From contig JAQGDQ010002366.1 in assembly GCA_030141605.1 (NCBI GenBank), positions 194,660 to 258,659 of the forward strand: a DNA stretch of 64,000 bases, written 5' to 3'. The notes beneath the pieces are model-generated. The model was not told the DNA's origin and did no database searches. It was given only the letters and a program-made list of their open reading frames with translations. Position 1 is the first letter of the stretch, and every line of letters starts with the position of its first letter. The position numbers were made by a program, and so were the translations under genes. This DNA comes from Tubiluchus corallicola. Taxonomy: Eukaryota; Animalia; Priapulida. Below, piece by piece: positions 52,201-63,944 of the stretch.

Positions 52201-54893
52201 GATGGGCAATTTACTTAGCTATGTGTTTTCTTAGGACACATTAGTTTCATTAAACGATGAATTACTGTATGTTCAAGACAATACAATTTTGTAGTGGCCC
52301 ACATCTTCAACTCTGCTTTAAAAATCCGCAGAAATCATGTGTAACTCATGTAGAAAAGTATTACAGTAGTCGCTGCTTAGTAGACTCACGGTTAATAGAT
52401 TCAATCGCTTAATTGACTCAACTCCTGGAACGGACCGCTTCTATTCAGATATATATAAAAACTATCAGTAATTAACTCAAATAAATTCCCTTAATTGACT
52501 CAATATTCTTCCTTTACGTACTTAAAATAAGACATTTGTATGGGCCCAAACAGCCTTTCCTACTTTTATAACATCTTTACTTCCCTTTTGTGCATTATAT
52601 ATGTAGAAACAATCATGTTAAGTACCGTTCTGTTTGTAAACGGGTATGTTTATCATGCGCTAGCGTAGTGGTTTTGCTTTGAATCTGTTACCCGCTCACC
52701 CATTGCAATTAACCTCGTTACCCAAAGAATTTCTGGAAGCTGAACATTTAATCAATTGCCTAGCGGTTTCCTTTTGATGCTCTAGGTGCAAATCACGCTT
52801 TCATGGTTAATGAATAGATTTTAGAACATGGTTAATAGTCAAAGATGCAGGTACAGTAATCAACCAGTATTCCTTGTGACTTACAAGAGTAAACATGGTA
52901 CAGCAAATAAGAGCAATGTAAGTGAGCAGACGATTCAGAACTGCTTTAGTCACGCACAACAACGGATTTTCAATGTGGGCCAACTTCTTCGCGAGAAAAT
53001 GAAGCAGCCGTCTTTGAAGGAATTTTTGCAAATAAACAGACTTAGAAAAGTCTGTGATTTAGGAAAGTATACCTTTTAATTTATTGCTAATTCACTTAGA
53101 TGAATTAATATTTTAATTTTTTTCTAATTTTGAACTGCACAAAGGAATTTAGGCATTACTTAATTTCTAAAATTCATTAAAAACCTTTGCAGTGCATAGT
53201 AAACTGATGACTCACACTTCTATGCCTGTAATACTACACCCATCTGTTAATATGTTCAGTCGGTTAATGGGATCAAACACGTCGGTCCTAAAGTGAGTCT
53301 ATTAAGTGGCGACTACTGTATACGAAGATGAGCAGCGTTCATCCTCAAAAATGGTTCAACTCCTTGCTGCCACTACACTCTGATACAAAAAACTACTCTG
53401 TACAAAAAATGAACATGTCGTTAGCTGAGGTTAGTTTTACAGCATTCATTTAATTAAGTATAAATGTTAACATACAGACCAAATCCAACTTGAAAATGTT
53501 TTCATTACGGATTTTTTCAATTTTGCGTAGGACCAACAAGTGCTCACGGATTGTCACCTGCCATTAGTAAAAGTGACACAGAGCTGTCTCGATCTACCTC
53601 CAGTGCAGTGTCAGCCATCTTAGCAAGACCACAGAGCGCATTAGCTACTTGTGGTAAGTAAACATAGATTAAAATTTTCAAAACACTGCCAATATTTCTC
53701 ACTTAATCTCTCCTTTTAGTTATAATGCTGAAATGTTTGCTAATACACACTTAGGATATATTGTGCAGTGCATTCCTAAAACATGACTGTAACTGTTTGT
53801 TCCTTAAATCGGTTATTACTGCTAGTGCACTTGGTTAATGCAAAATACCTTTGTTATCATAGGTTTTTACAGTAGACATGCGCACCTTGCACCTGACAGT
53901 AATGACTACAGTGAGCTTACTAAAGGTGGTGCAGTAGTAAGTGGCAGCTTACTTCGGACACGTAATAAGTGTTGGCAGGCTTCTTTCGCTGCAGATACAT
54001 CAGATGCTACTGGTGAAACTGAAACAAGTCAAAAATTCCTTCACCAGTCTAGTTTTGGGGGTCAGTTTTCTGATAGTAATGGACAAGATGAAGTTAAGTA
54101 AGTATTAATAATTATACTCAGCCAAAATCTGAAATTTGAAGCATTTGCTTTATTTTTTTAGTTTTGATGAGCTTTGAGTTGTCGGTGTTGGGATCATTTT
54201 TCAAAGAAATTTTATACTGGATATTTTACTAAAAAATTCAAACTAATTGCCATAATTTTGATACGATTAGGTCGCAGGACACAGAAACTGCATCTGTAGT
54301 CAGGGCAAGTTGGGATTCATCCTGCGTAAACTCACCAGATACATCTACTTCCCCAATTTCTGGAAGTTCTGTGCATTCACCGTCACCCCCGCCATCAAAA
54401 GAAGGTACGGTACCTTTTTTAAAAAAATAATTCTCAAGAGAAACGTAACTGCTTATGTGTGAATGAATATTAACGACAGATTAAAGTTATGTCAGAAAGC
54501 TGTGTACTTATTTTAGGTTCTAAGACTGCAAGCGCGTTGAAGAAATTGCACAAAAAAAGATTGACTCCAGTCAAACACACAGTAGTAGTTCCAATAAATA
54601 TAAAATCTAATGCAATGAAACCACTCAAAATACCTTCTACAAAAAAATCAACAACAGTTAAAAATAAATGCCATCAAAAAGATCAGAAGAAAACATCAAG
54701 TCCAAGAAAGAGAGAAGTGCCTAAGAAACAGTGCCAAGTGAATGCATCTTTAGAACATGTGGTAACACTAGATATGGCCGATGACAGTGACTGTGCATGC
54801 TTTAGGTATGGTGAAGTTTGCACAGTGCCTTCTCATAGAAAACTCTCACCACATGAACTGCCTAAATTGAAAGATGCAATCGAATTTCGATGA
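43126..54893 (+). CDS. LRRC56: Leucine-rich repeat-containing protein 56 (motile-cilia dynein arm transport factor, ODA8/DNAAF12-like), about 530 aa, 9 coding exons
   Basis: join(43126-43239,45873-46021,48139-48318,49817-49928,50775-50952,53531-53653,53863-54097,54271-54404,54517-54893); GT-AG, phases consistent. LEMIVDS…VPNLHQLIL…RDLGT…LQVLWLPHCNLTDLDG…AAYNHVSDLTPL…LDLEGN…LEGNPIC…YRQAILKMLPWLKFLDD and SELTKG match recalled LRRC56. In-frame TAA at 43108 precedes the ATG. Confidence 0.9.
43665..45395 (-). mobile_element. hAT (Tip100/ZMYM1-like) element, family B copy 2, with transposase fragment
   Basis: TIRs CAGGGGCGCCGTGC / GCACGACGCCACTG; 8-bp TSD CCTTTTGT; minus-strand TRWSSR…LLKSINYEF…SKALQSKELNV at about 44388-44805. 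Confidence 0.92.
45873..46021 (+). CDS. LRRC56: LRRC56 exon
   Basis: KVLTGVENL…SNLPTV; ttcag/gtaagc. Confidence 0.9.
48139..48318 (+). CDS. LRRC56: LRRC56 exon (LRRs)
   Basis: DLGTCMKQLQVLWL…LDLE; ttcag/gttagt. Confidence 0.92.
49817..49928 (+). CDS. LRRC56: LRRC56 exon
   Basis: NDLHDIIQVEFLTMC…LEGNPIC; tttag/gtattt. Confidence 0.9.
49950..50039. repeat. Purine-rich/(GA)n microsatellite followed by an orphan hAT-like end (CAGTGGCATAGCTAG, 50040)
   Basis: Seen directly; no partner TIR found. Confidence 0.7.
50775..50952 (+). CDS. LRRC56: LRRC56 exon (LRR cap)
   Basis: GDNYIYRQAILKMLPWLKFLDD…IVQESIKE; tgtag/gtaaga. Confidence 0.88.
51309..52026 (+). mobile_element. hAT-Charlie/Buster non-autonomous element
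   Basis: TIRs CAGTGGTTCCCAGCC / GGTTGGGAACCACTG; TSD CTGTAGAG on both sides; dimerisation-domain remnant LVPFVTAYKCELGFSAM…KTKARNRLD…DMRVAIS…P at about 51580-51763. Confidence 0.92.
52364..53318 (+). mobile_element. Tigger/pogo-like family A, copy 4
   Basis: TA + CAGTAGTCGCTGCTTAGTAGACTCAC … GTGAGTCTATTAAGTGGCGACTACTG + TA; TIQNCF and KQPSLKEFL remnants. Confidence 0.88.
53531..53653 (+). CDS. LRRC56: LRRC56 exon (RPTSA…RPQSA)
   Basis: cgtag/gtaagt; phase 1-1, open frame. Confidence 0.75.
53863..54097 (+). CDS. LRRC56: LRRC56 exon (SELTKGGAVVSG)
   Basis: catag/gtaagt; resembles SDLTHG..VLCG. Confidence 0.8.
54271..54404 (+). CDS. LRRC56: LRRC56 exon (Ser/Pro-rich)
   Basis: attag/gtacgg; phases fit the flanking exons. 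Confidence 0.7.
54517..54893 (+). CDS. LRRC56: LRRC56 last coding exon (basic, low complexity)
   Basis: tttag acceptor; long open frame to TGA; AATAAA at 55061 and 55166. Confidence 0.72.
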
Positions 54894-55165
54894 CTGTTTG
54901 CTCAAATTGTGCAGTATTGCAGAAAGAAACATATGACTTGTCAAAAATGACAAAAACAGCAAGTCTAAATGCTAAAGATTTCTTAATGCTACTGTGTTAT
55001 AATGTTATAAATATTTTTTAGTTACACGAGTGTTATGAATATTTTTTGTTATACGAATGTAATAAATGTATTCATTAAAATTGTTATGTTACACAGTAAA
55101 GAATTGAGTTTTGTATTACACATAGTGACTATCCATAATAGTTACGTCAATTTAGAACAAAATAG

Positions 55166-55182
55166 AATAAAATTTCTTTATT
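55166..55182. terminator. Back-to-back poly(A) signals: AATAAA on + (55166-55171) and AATAAA on - (55182-55177)
   Basis: AATAAA-ATTTC-TTTATT between the convergent LRRC56 and MED15 stops. Confidence 0.45.
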
Positions 55183-55650
55183 ACTAATCGCGGAAGTTTC
55201 TACAACACTTTGATACAAAATGCATGATCCTTAAAATGTATTACTGAAAGTTTTAGATGCATGCTTATTAGAAGGCACGAGCTTCAGACTAGTCCTTCTA
55301 TGATGCTAACTGACAGCATGATACAAGACCCATTTTCTACCTACTGTTATGCAAGTAGTGTATCAAGTTGTATCACAATATTGTCATCTAGCAGCTTTCA
55401 CAGAGCTGCTTCTTTCTGCACCTTAAAGTAAAAAATGTTTATCTTCCAAACATACTGCCACTGTCACAGCCACACTGCCACTTGATAATTAACTTCAAAT
55501 CTTTTATCTTTTACATTGTTACAATAAGTTGCACAGTTCAGGTTTTACTTATTACTTTTTAGCTTATTGTGTAATTAAAAGTAACAAAAAAAAATCCATC
55601 AAGCATGTAGAACCAGTCGAACAAGATACCAAAACAAATTCTGATGAGCG

Positions 55651-55704
55651 TTACGCAGATACATCTAGTCGAGCAGGTTTGCAGGCCTGTCTAATGCTCA
55701 TCTC
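55651..55704 (-). CDS. MED15: MED15 last coding exon (EMSIRQACKPARLDVSA*)
   Basis: ttcag acceptor; matches W.xSVxQAC terminus. Confidence 0.85.
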   Translation of the reverse strand, partial: EMSIRQACKPARLDVSA

Positions 55705-58700
55705 CTGAAAACAAACATAAAAGAACATGGTAAAGACTTGAAAGGGCCAAAATGTTTTTGTACGTATAAAATCATACCACTAATACAACTTTATAACATG
55801 ATCCACACTCAAGTTCCCGAATTTTATTTATCTGCTGGTCCGAATCGCTAAAAATGGTAATGACCCACCTTTTTACAAAAATCACAATTTCTTAATTATA
55901 TAAAAAGCTAACATAATTTATAACTGTTTATGCTGCATTAATATAGCTTAACTTGAGCATTAAGCAGATAATGATGCACATTCTTTTTGATATGGCATTA
56001 TTTTTTTTGTTGTGCCCATTGCAAACCTAAGTGCAATCTGTCGAGCTGTGTTGTTAAATTTTAACAGTTATGAGTCTAAGATGCTTCACATGACCATTGG
56101 TAAAGCCTGCCAATGGCAGAAATGTAACTCTATTACTAAAATCAATTTAAACTAGAGTGGCTTCAGTAGACGGCATCCCTGGAGGCTGCCAAGTGAGATT
56201 TACATATTTTGAGATCCTTGGAATTTATGCAAAGATGTATTTTCTGCACTAACACTTAAAGTGACATTAAATTTTTGTGAAAAGGCAGGTGCCGACATAA
56301 AGAACATCTGGTTAGTGAGTTAGAATTCGACGTATAGGCCTAGTATAATATTCGAAGGCAAAACTCGAATGTTATTTTTGGTAGGGAAAACTTCAAACGG
56401 GTCTGAGTTATGTTGCGTATGGGTTTAAAACTTTACATAAAAATGTAAATTCACGTACAAATGTACTCGAAGACACATACGTGAACCACAGTTATGTGGT
56501 ACGGGTTTAAAGTGAACATACACGGAGACTACCCTAAAAATGTGCATTCCGTATAGAGGACATTGATACCCACTGTAATTTTCACTTAAAATTATACTAA
56601 ATATCTGTGAAAGACAAGTACCATCATAATGTATCTGAATACAAACAGAACACAAAGACACACCATCGTCAAAAATTCTTATCTGACTTCAGTATAATTG
56701 ACTTTTCGCTATAATGGACTTATTTTCTGCTCCCTAGTGCATTTTCTTCCCCGCTATAATGGACCCATGTATAATGGATCCACATGTGATCGCAGTTTAT
56801 GCTGGTACACTATAGGTGCTGTGTTGCTCGTTTCGGAGCGTAGACTTTCCGGGAATATCCAGGTCAGCTTCAGCTTTCCGGGAAGGTTCATCACGGCAAG
56901 TTGGCCCATTTGGCACTTTTTGGGAATAAAAATTTGGCATTTGATCAAGGAATCATCGAGAATTGTAAGAGGAAGTATCGAACAGCGATATTGCGGAGAA
57001 TGATAGCCGATATCGAAGCTGGCAAGCAAACGAAAATTGATCTTAGAGATGCAGCAACGTACATAGGAAAGTGCTGGAAAGACGTGTCCGTTTCCTCTAT
57101 TGCCAACTGCTTTCGCAAAGCGGGCTTCAATTTCCCGATCGACAATAATGCTGAACCGGTGGCAACCGTCACTGACGATACCGCAGAGATGTCTATACAA
57201 GAAAGAAACGTTTGGGACTTCATCGCCATTGAACTAAACTTATCGGAAACAACGTTCGAGAAGCATGTGAGTTGTGATTCGGAGCTGGCTACAGACGAGA
57301 GTGACTTGACCGAGAGAGAGAGAGATCATACAGTACGTTACAGACGTGAATGATGGCGGTGAGCAGCACCAGCCAGAGACTGAAAGTGACGTTACTGTAA
57401 CTCAAACCTGTTCAGGGAGTGAAGCGATGGAGCACCTCAGATATGTGCGAGACTTCTGTCTAAATAAAGGAATTGACAGACTCGATCTGATCGCTGAGCG
57501 AGAACAGAACATTACCACGAAGATTGCGAGTGATGCTGGCACGAAAAAACAGGCAAAAATCACAGATTTTTTTGGACAGTAGCTGACTAATTCCTCTAAC
57601 AAAATTATAGATTCAGCCTTGTATCAAATATGGCATTTGAATAAAACCGTTTGACGTTCGATTATAAACATTATTTCATTTTACTGTTGATTTCTATGAT
57701 CCTATTGTATCTATTGTAGGGTAGTCTGGCTTCAGATATGGTACCCCTCGGTATAATGGACTTTTTGAGCGCTCCCTTAAAGTCCATTATAGCGAGGTTT
57801 GACTGTATATAAATAGCTTACCTACGCACTGAGTATGGCTGTTACCAGTGGATAGATAGCTTACCCATGTAATGAGTATGGCTGTTACCAGTGGATAGAT
57901 AGCTTACCCATGCAATGAGTACGGCTGTTACCAGTGGATAGATAGCTTACCCATGCAATGAGTATGGCTGTTACCAGTGGATAGATAGCTTAACCATGCA
58001 ATGAACATGGCTGTTATCAGTGGATAGGTAGCTTACCCAAGCATTGAGTATCGCTGTTATGGAATACTTGTGTGGCATTTTACCCAGCTGCTTCTGCAGG
58101 GATTTCCCCACAGCTTTTAGAAATGGAGTTGAGCCTGAAATATAGAAAAACAAATTCAGTTCTAAATCTAATGTGATTACAACTATATATTGTTACAATA
58201 ATGAAAACTGACATAAAGACAATTGAAAGGACTGTTTAACTTCTGTAATACTCTTAATTACTTTACTAATTATTTCTGTGACATCAAACATAATTATTTC
58301 CTGATAATTGTCAATTAGTAGCAAAGACAATGTTGATATCACTCCATATGATGGCAATTAATAGCCAATATTGTGTCTAATAAAGTATGAACAATACTCA
58401 AAGGAATCATGATTAGAAATATGATATTACCATAATCTTGTGATCTGATCTCACATTGAGGACTAGAGTCAGGATAATTGCCAGGCACCACAATGCCTAT
58501 TGGTGGGACAGCTGGTAACTGCGAGCACTGCAATTTACAAACTAGGTGCACTGTGCTCGATTGAGGATGATGCAGGTTGTCTAGATTTACTCGGAATCTC
58601 TCATCCAGTTGAGCAACTTCACCTTGCAAAACATCTGGTATTTCATCATTCTCTTCCTCTTCATCAGATGAAGTCCTCTGACGTTTGGTAGGTGGTGAAG

Positions 58701-61700
58701 GTGCCCTGTGGATACAAAGTGAACTCTATTAGTTACTTGAAACAAAGTATGCTTTAAAAACATAGGCGCTGATCTTGTGGATATTAAAAGTTTAAAAATA
58801 TCATGTGAACAGTGTTAATATTAGTTTCACTCTGAAATTTAGTATAGGCATAAAAACAGTGGCCACGTGAACAATGTTTTACTAAGATGGTGGTAAGTCT
58901 GACCTAAGCAGCTACCTTGACTAAATGTAACTTTGACTAAATGACCAAAACCCAGTTTGAATAAAGAATCAAGGATTCACATTCTGTTTATCAAATTTCA
59001 GCCTTGTCCCAGGAAATAACAATGCCAAGTATCCAATAAAATGAAATTAAGATTTTTATTTAAAGTGGGAAAGGGTTAAAGGTATATGAAAAATTTGTCA
59101 TTAAAATGAATGATTGCTAAACAATAAATGCTTGGAGAGTCGTTATACAAGTGTGTTTGAGTGGCAGTGGCAAATGAAGACGACGACAAATGGGTTTTAT
59201 GTGGTACACCTATGAGTTCATCTTGGTGTGAACATCATACTAATAATGTTGTGGAAATTTTTACAGATAAATAAATACGTCATCAACATCATTATGTAAC
59301 TGTAATTGATAGGTATTGTTAATTGGTCAGCATTTCACGGAATGCAAACATTTGAACTAAATAAGTAGAGAAGGTTAAAAAAATCTACTCGTCTAGTGGG
59401 GACATGACATTTGGGCATGAGACATTGGGGTGCCAATGCCGACATAAGTTACATCCAAAGTGACTCGACCAATCTAGCTAGTCCTTTTTCAGTTGACAAC
59501 TAGTTATAAGCAACTAATGAACTAAACAACACATTCTATATCAGTTTCTTCTATAGCACACCAAACATACATTGAATATAGTACTGGATATAATACTAGT
59601 TAAATTACTGCACTAGTTGTACTCGCACTAAATTTTAATGTTGCATAGATTTTTTGTGATGCACATTTCTGTTATTTACTATTCTTGTGATGCACTAGAT
59701 TTTTTTGGAAATTAAATGCTTTTGAAATAAAGTGCTAATGTAAACTTGCACTGTGTTCTTCTACTTCGTTCATTTTAAAAGCCACACAAAAACTACCGAA
59801 TTAAAAAAATGCAGCCAAATGAATGATTTTAATTCTTATAACGTATATTACTGCATATGTGTAATTGTGGTGCAATCATGACTGTTAAAAAATATTTTGA
59901 CAATTTGGTTATTATAGTAAATCATAAAAAATTTATTTAACAAAAATGAAAAATTAGGTGTAAATTTTACTGATATTCTGTTCAAATGTCTTGTGCCAAA
60001 GTGTCACTTACCCTCATCTGACAGTTGAGTTAGGAAAAATACGGAAAAGCCAATTGTTGTTGTGTCAGTAATAGCTGGCATGTTGGATGTGTTGAGGGAG
60101 CTCTAGATAAATGCATTGGAAAGATTAGCAATTACAAGGAGTGTAAATAGCAGAGGGTACAGAAGCAAGCCATTTTGGGATCAGCATACATCCTGCGATG
60201 GTATTTGTAGGGCTTATAGAGCCCTGGATAGACTTCACTTTGCAAGTGATGATAAAACAGTTTCGGGGGTGTAATACATTAATAGCAATAATGTCCTCAG
60301 CAATTTATTTTAATAACAGAGTTTGTTTTCAATTTGCAGAGGCAGAGAGCACTAGCTCATCTCTAAGATTTTTACAGAATCATCATGAAAAAGCCAATAA
60401 GCATGTTTATGTACCTTATAGGTGGTCCACATAGTGCAGCAAGTGATGGACCAAACGTTCTCTGTAATGTATGGTTCAATATTGGCTTATTTAAATGAGC
60501 ATGTAAGGCATCCAGTAATGGCTGAAACATGTTCTGTTCTTGCAGACGATCCTGCTTTATCATTAGAACTGGAAATTGTGCTGTTTGCTGCTGTTGTTGT
60601 TGCTGCTGCTGCTGTTGATGCAGCAGCTGTTGTTGTTGGGACTGTTGCTGTTGCACTGGCTGTTGTGACTGGCTCTGTAAAAAAACAAGAATTTTGTTTC
60701 CTGTTTTAATAAAGAAATATGTATTTTTTAACATCACTAAAACATTTGGAGATTGATGAAAATTTACGACATCAGTAAAATTGGATCGTAAGCCTAACAA
60801 GTAATGTGACATGTTTACACCATTCTGTAAATTTGTATAAGGTGTTTTTTGTTGAATAGACTAGCAATTTTTATACAGTTTGACACTTCCCAAGACACAA
60901 ATAAAAAATTAAATGTATCAACGTAAAGAGTAAAGTGTGTTTGTACCCACTTAATCAAAACTAAAAAATATTTATTTGTTTAGAAAAAGACCTAGACTAC
61001 CTTAATAGCATAAAGTGCAGTACAACGCACTCCCAACACAGCATATGTTGCTCGCGAACCACGTACAAGTAATAATAGTAAGTTAGTTGTTTATGCATTT
61101 GCCTAACCCAGGTACGATTCTTATCATACTACTTTTGCAATTTTTCGCTCAAAAACTTAATCTAACAGGTTAGTAATATTACCAGTAATTGGAAACCCAG
61201 TTTCGCTGTACAGAAATGAAATTTACAGGTAACATAATAATCATCATTCTACTTTGTTACATTCCTATATACTGTTTACACAGTATTAAGTTTTGAAACC
61301 AAATGAAATCAAATAAACCTAACAATGTATCAAAATATTTCATTTTCTGGTAATTTTTGTTAAACATTTTTAAGACAATTAACAGTCAAAACAAGCAGTT
61401 GTTTAATATATAAAATTCTATGTTCCTCTATTGTCCTCTATTTAATACAGTAGGGCTCTCTGCATGCAATACTCATAAGTTTGACCCACTAATTGCTAGT
61501 TAAATTAATAACGAGTGTAATGCTAATTCACAATCTAAACTTATTTGTAACAGCCTTTGTGTTAATTGTTTTAATTTATTTTAATTACCACATCACAAAT
61601 TCATATATTTACAAGTTCTGTTCATTTTAATTCTAACAGCAGGCAATTTCATAAAACCCACAACTTTTTATTAGTTTCATTAACCAAACCATAAACCTCA

Positions 61701-63944
61701 AGCTGCATTCAAGCATGCAGATTGCACTACTTGAGATTTCTTAATGGTAGCTACACAGAAGATATCAGAAATTTAATTTACTTCTGCTTCACGACCTTAG
61801 AAAACTTGTATTACTTGAATAAAATTATTTTAAAATTGTTTGTGCATCTTAAAATATTGTAACCTGTAGATTAAAAGTGAAGGAATTTCTTTTTCTCATC
61901 CCTAGACTCTTAATTACAAAGTCAGCAGCAAAAAGTAATGCTTAGTTATGGAGGAGAGTGACACATAGTGCTGATATCAATGACTATAAAATTGATTAGT
62001 AGCATTTAGCCCGTTACACAGAATGCTGAACACTGCTTAACAGAAACAACTGCTTTATTAGAGTAAAAACATTAAAAAGCAAAACTGAATATACCTGATC
62101 TCTTAACAAGTCCATTTTTTCTAAAACTTGTTCACATTGAATTAAGACATGTAACTGGGTACGACGTTTAGGATTAGTTAAGAGTCCCAGTAAAGACTTA
62201 AGTTTGCTCTGGTCACGTTTGCCTTCTGCAAAAAATTCAGTTGCACTAGATTTTATTGTATAACGTCTGCAAAAAGTATTTAATACAGTCAATAATAAAG
62301 ATAAAAATCAGATTCTTCATCTTAAATTCAAATTTACATTCCATTTTAGTAACGTTACCCACTAAAATTCTTAATCAACAGTAAATATATTGTTTAGAGA
62401 AATGCTAAGTAATAACTGAATTGACTAAATAAAAGGTTGATTAGTAAGGAGTAACAAGACAGGGCAGTAACACACTTTTATTGAAAAGCTTATTACCTCA
62501 ATTCTAAATAACTCTAGAAAACTATAAGAATCTGAATGGTTGACGATAGCCCTTCACTTTGCTTATTGGCGCACACGTTAGGGTAAAAGATGCTAGTACA
62601 CTAAAGCAAAGTAAAATATGTCAGGGATAGAGATTGTGCAGGTTAGTACATGGTTTAAAAGAGGTACAAGTGGTTAAATGCTGATAAGTGTCAGAGTGCC
62701 CTTAGAAACATGGGGTGTTGGTGCTTCTACAAGAAGGTCTTAGGACTTAATAATTAAATTTTAATTACTTTCTGTCTTAAAAAATCTTCTATCCCATTAA
62801 TATGCATGGTGATTGATCACAATATGTCAAAGTAAATGCCCAGTTGATTTTCAAATAACATTCAACTAACACCATTCGACTCACTTCCTCACAAAATTTA
62901 ATTGACGTACCACAAGCCATGGCATAGCAACATCAAACAGACATATACAATTGCGATGTTGCAAACCTCGAGTTAAACATTTTCCCAACCATGTACTTGA
63001 TTACTTGCTGGAGGTAAGTAACCAAAACTGAGTTTTTCTCTCAAGCATTTCGAGTTTGTCTGTTTTTACCTTACCTTTTCCATCTCCTTTCTCAGACTGT
63101 GCAATTAATTCTTGTAGTGGCTCAATATACTTTGATAACTGCTGAAGTTTGTCCCAGTAAGCCTGTTCCTCAGCAGAAGGCGGAGCTGGACTTGCACTCT
63201 GTGCTCCTGAAACTTAATATATCAATTATTGCACTGTGGTCAGATGTATGCACATCCTCCCTGCACAAAACTAATAACCAGAAGCGGAATCCCAATAGCA
63301 ACTTGGCAAGAGACAATATTAAATCCATTTATTAACGAAATTGAACGATGCTTAACTTTAACTGATAAGTATATGCTGTGACTACTCAGCCCATCCAATC
63401 CAATTGTTCTCCTAATAGTGTTCTTCTCAACATTCCAAAAAATACTGGACATACAAATCGTAGTAACATTAACAATATAAAATAACAGTAGTAGCAATAC
63501 TTTTGCTGACTATGAGCTCTTGATTATGTATAACAGAGAATATTATTCAACTTGCTTTTTCCTTTAACTAAATCTAGTACAATTTCCTCTAATCTGAAAA
63601 AAATCATCCAGTTGTAACATTTATTTACTTTGAGACCAGCAACAAATTATTTGCAATTGGCAAAATAAATTAGAAATGCAAAAAAATTGTTCCTCCAATC
63701 AGAGTGAAACGTAGTTTTCAGCATTAGGGCAAGAAAGCAGTATACAACAAAAAAGCTTTACTTTCTCAGACTTTCACAAACATTTATTGTACAAACTACG
63801 ATATATTTACGTGGAGTGTTCAGCATTCCAGCACTGGGTGAAGGCACAGGTCGTCCTATACCACCAGCAGGTGACAGTGCAGTGCCTGGGCCCGGCGAAG
63901 GTGTTGGGCCCATATTAGGGCTTGGTGATGGAATCATTTGTGAT
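55651..63944 (-). CDS. MED15: Mediator subunit 15, 3' portion (7 coding exons; 5' part beyond the window end)
   Basis: complement join(63811-63944,63075-63206,62095-62225,60415-60674,58431-58705,58037-58134,55651-55704); GT-AG, phases consistent. EEQAYWDKLQQLSKYIEPL, SKLKSLLGLLTNP…CEQVLEK, QPLLDA…NHTLQRTFGP, IPDVLQGEVAQLD..F.VNLD…VHLVCKL…LPAVPP…YP..SP and SITAILNAW match the recalled MED15 C-terminus. Confidence 0.95.
56690..57805 (+). mobile_element. Tigger/pogo-like element, second family, internally deleted, in the last MED15 intron
   Basis: Right TIR AGTCCATTATAGCGAGGTTTGACTG + TA; left end partial (cgctataatggact); transposase C-half DQGIIENCKRKYR…CWKDVS..SIANCFRKAGF and KKQAKITDFF. Confidence 0.9.
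57815..58060 (-). repeat. Tandem array of six 43-bp units spanning the MED15 exon/intron junction
   Basis: agctta(c/a) at 57815, 57858, 57901, 57944, 57987 and 58030 (exact 43-bp period). Confidence 0.95.
58037..58134 (-). CDS. MED15: MED15 exon (STPFLKAV…SITAILNAW)
   Basis: ttcag acceptor, TGG|gtaagc donor. Confidence 0.9.
58431..58705 (-). CDS. MED15: MED15 exon (APSPPTKRQR…LQGEVAQLD…QDY)
   Basis: cacag/gtaata. Confidence 0.93.
60415..60674 (-). CDS. MED15: MED15 exon (polyQ, QPLLDA…GPPI)
   Basis: tacag/gtacat. Confidence 0.9.
62095..62225 (-). CDS. MED15: MED15 exon (GKRDQSKLKSLL…LEKMDLLRDQ)
   Basis: tgcag/gtatat. Confidence 0.9.
63075..63206 (-). CDS. MED15: MED15 exon (EEQAYWDKLQQLSKYIEPL)
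   Basis: ttcag/gtaagg. Confidence 0.92.
63811..63944 (-). CDS. MED15: MED15 exon (Pro/Ser-rich, VPSPS…LNTP)
   Basis: tccag/gtaaat; resembles VPSPGPLNTP. Confidence 0.85.

Noticed and set aside
55641-55665. Hammerhead-like CTGATGA plus short stem GCG-TTA-CGC
   Set aside because: The required GAAA after stem II is missing, and the sequence is the antisense of the MED15 stop region.
57815-58060. Regular repeat array as a CRISPR array
   Set aside because: Units are head-to-tail with no unique spacers, there are no cas genes, and the context is a eukaryotic intron; the unit derives from the MED15 splice junction.
60422-60709. Plus-strand Ala/Val-rich ORF
   Set aside because: Antisense shadow of the MED15 polyQ exon.
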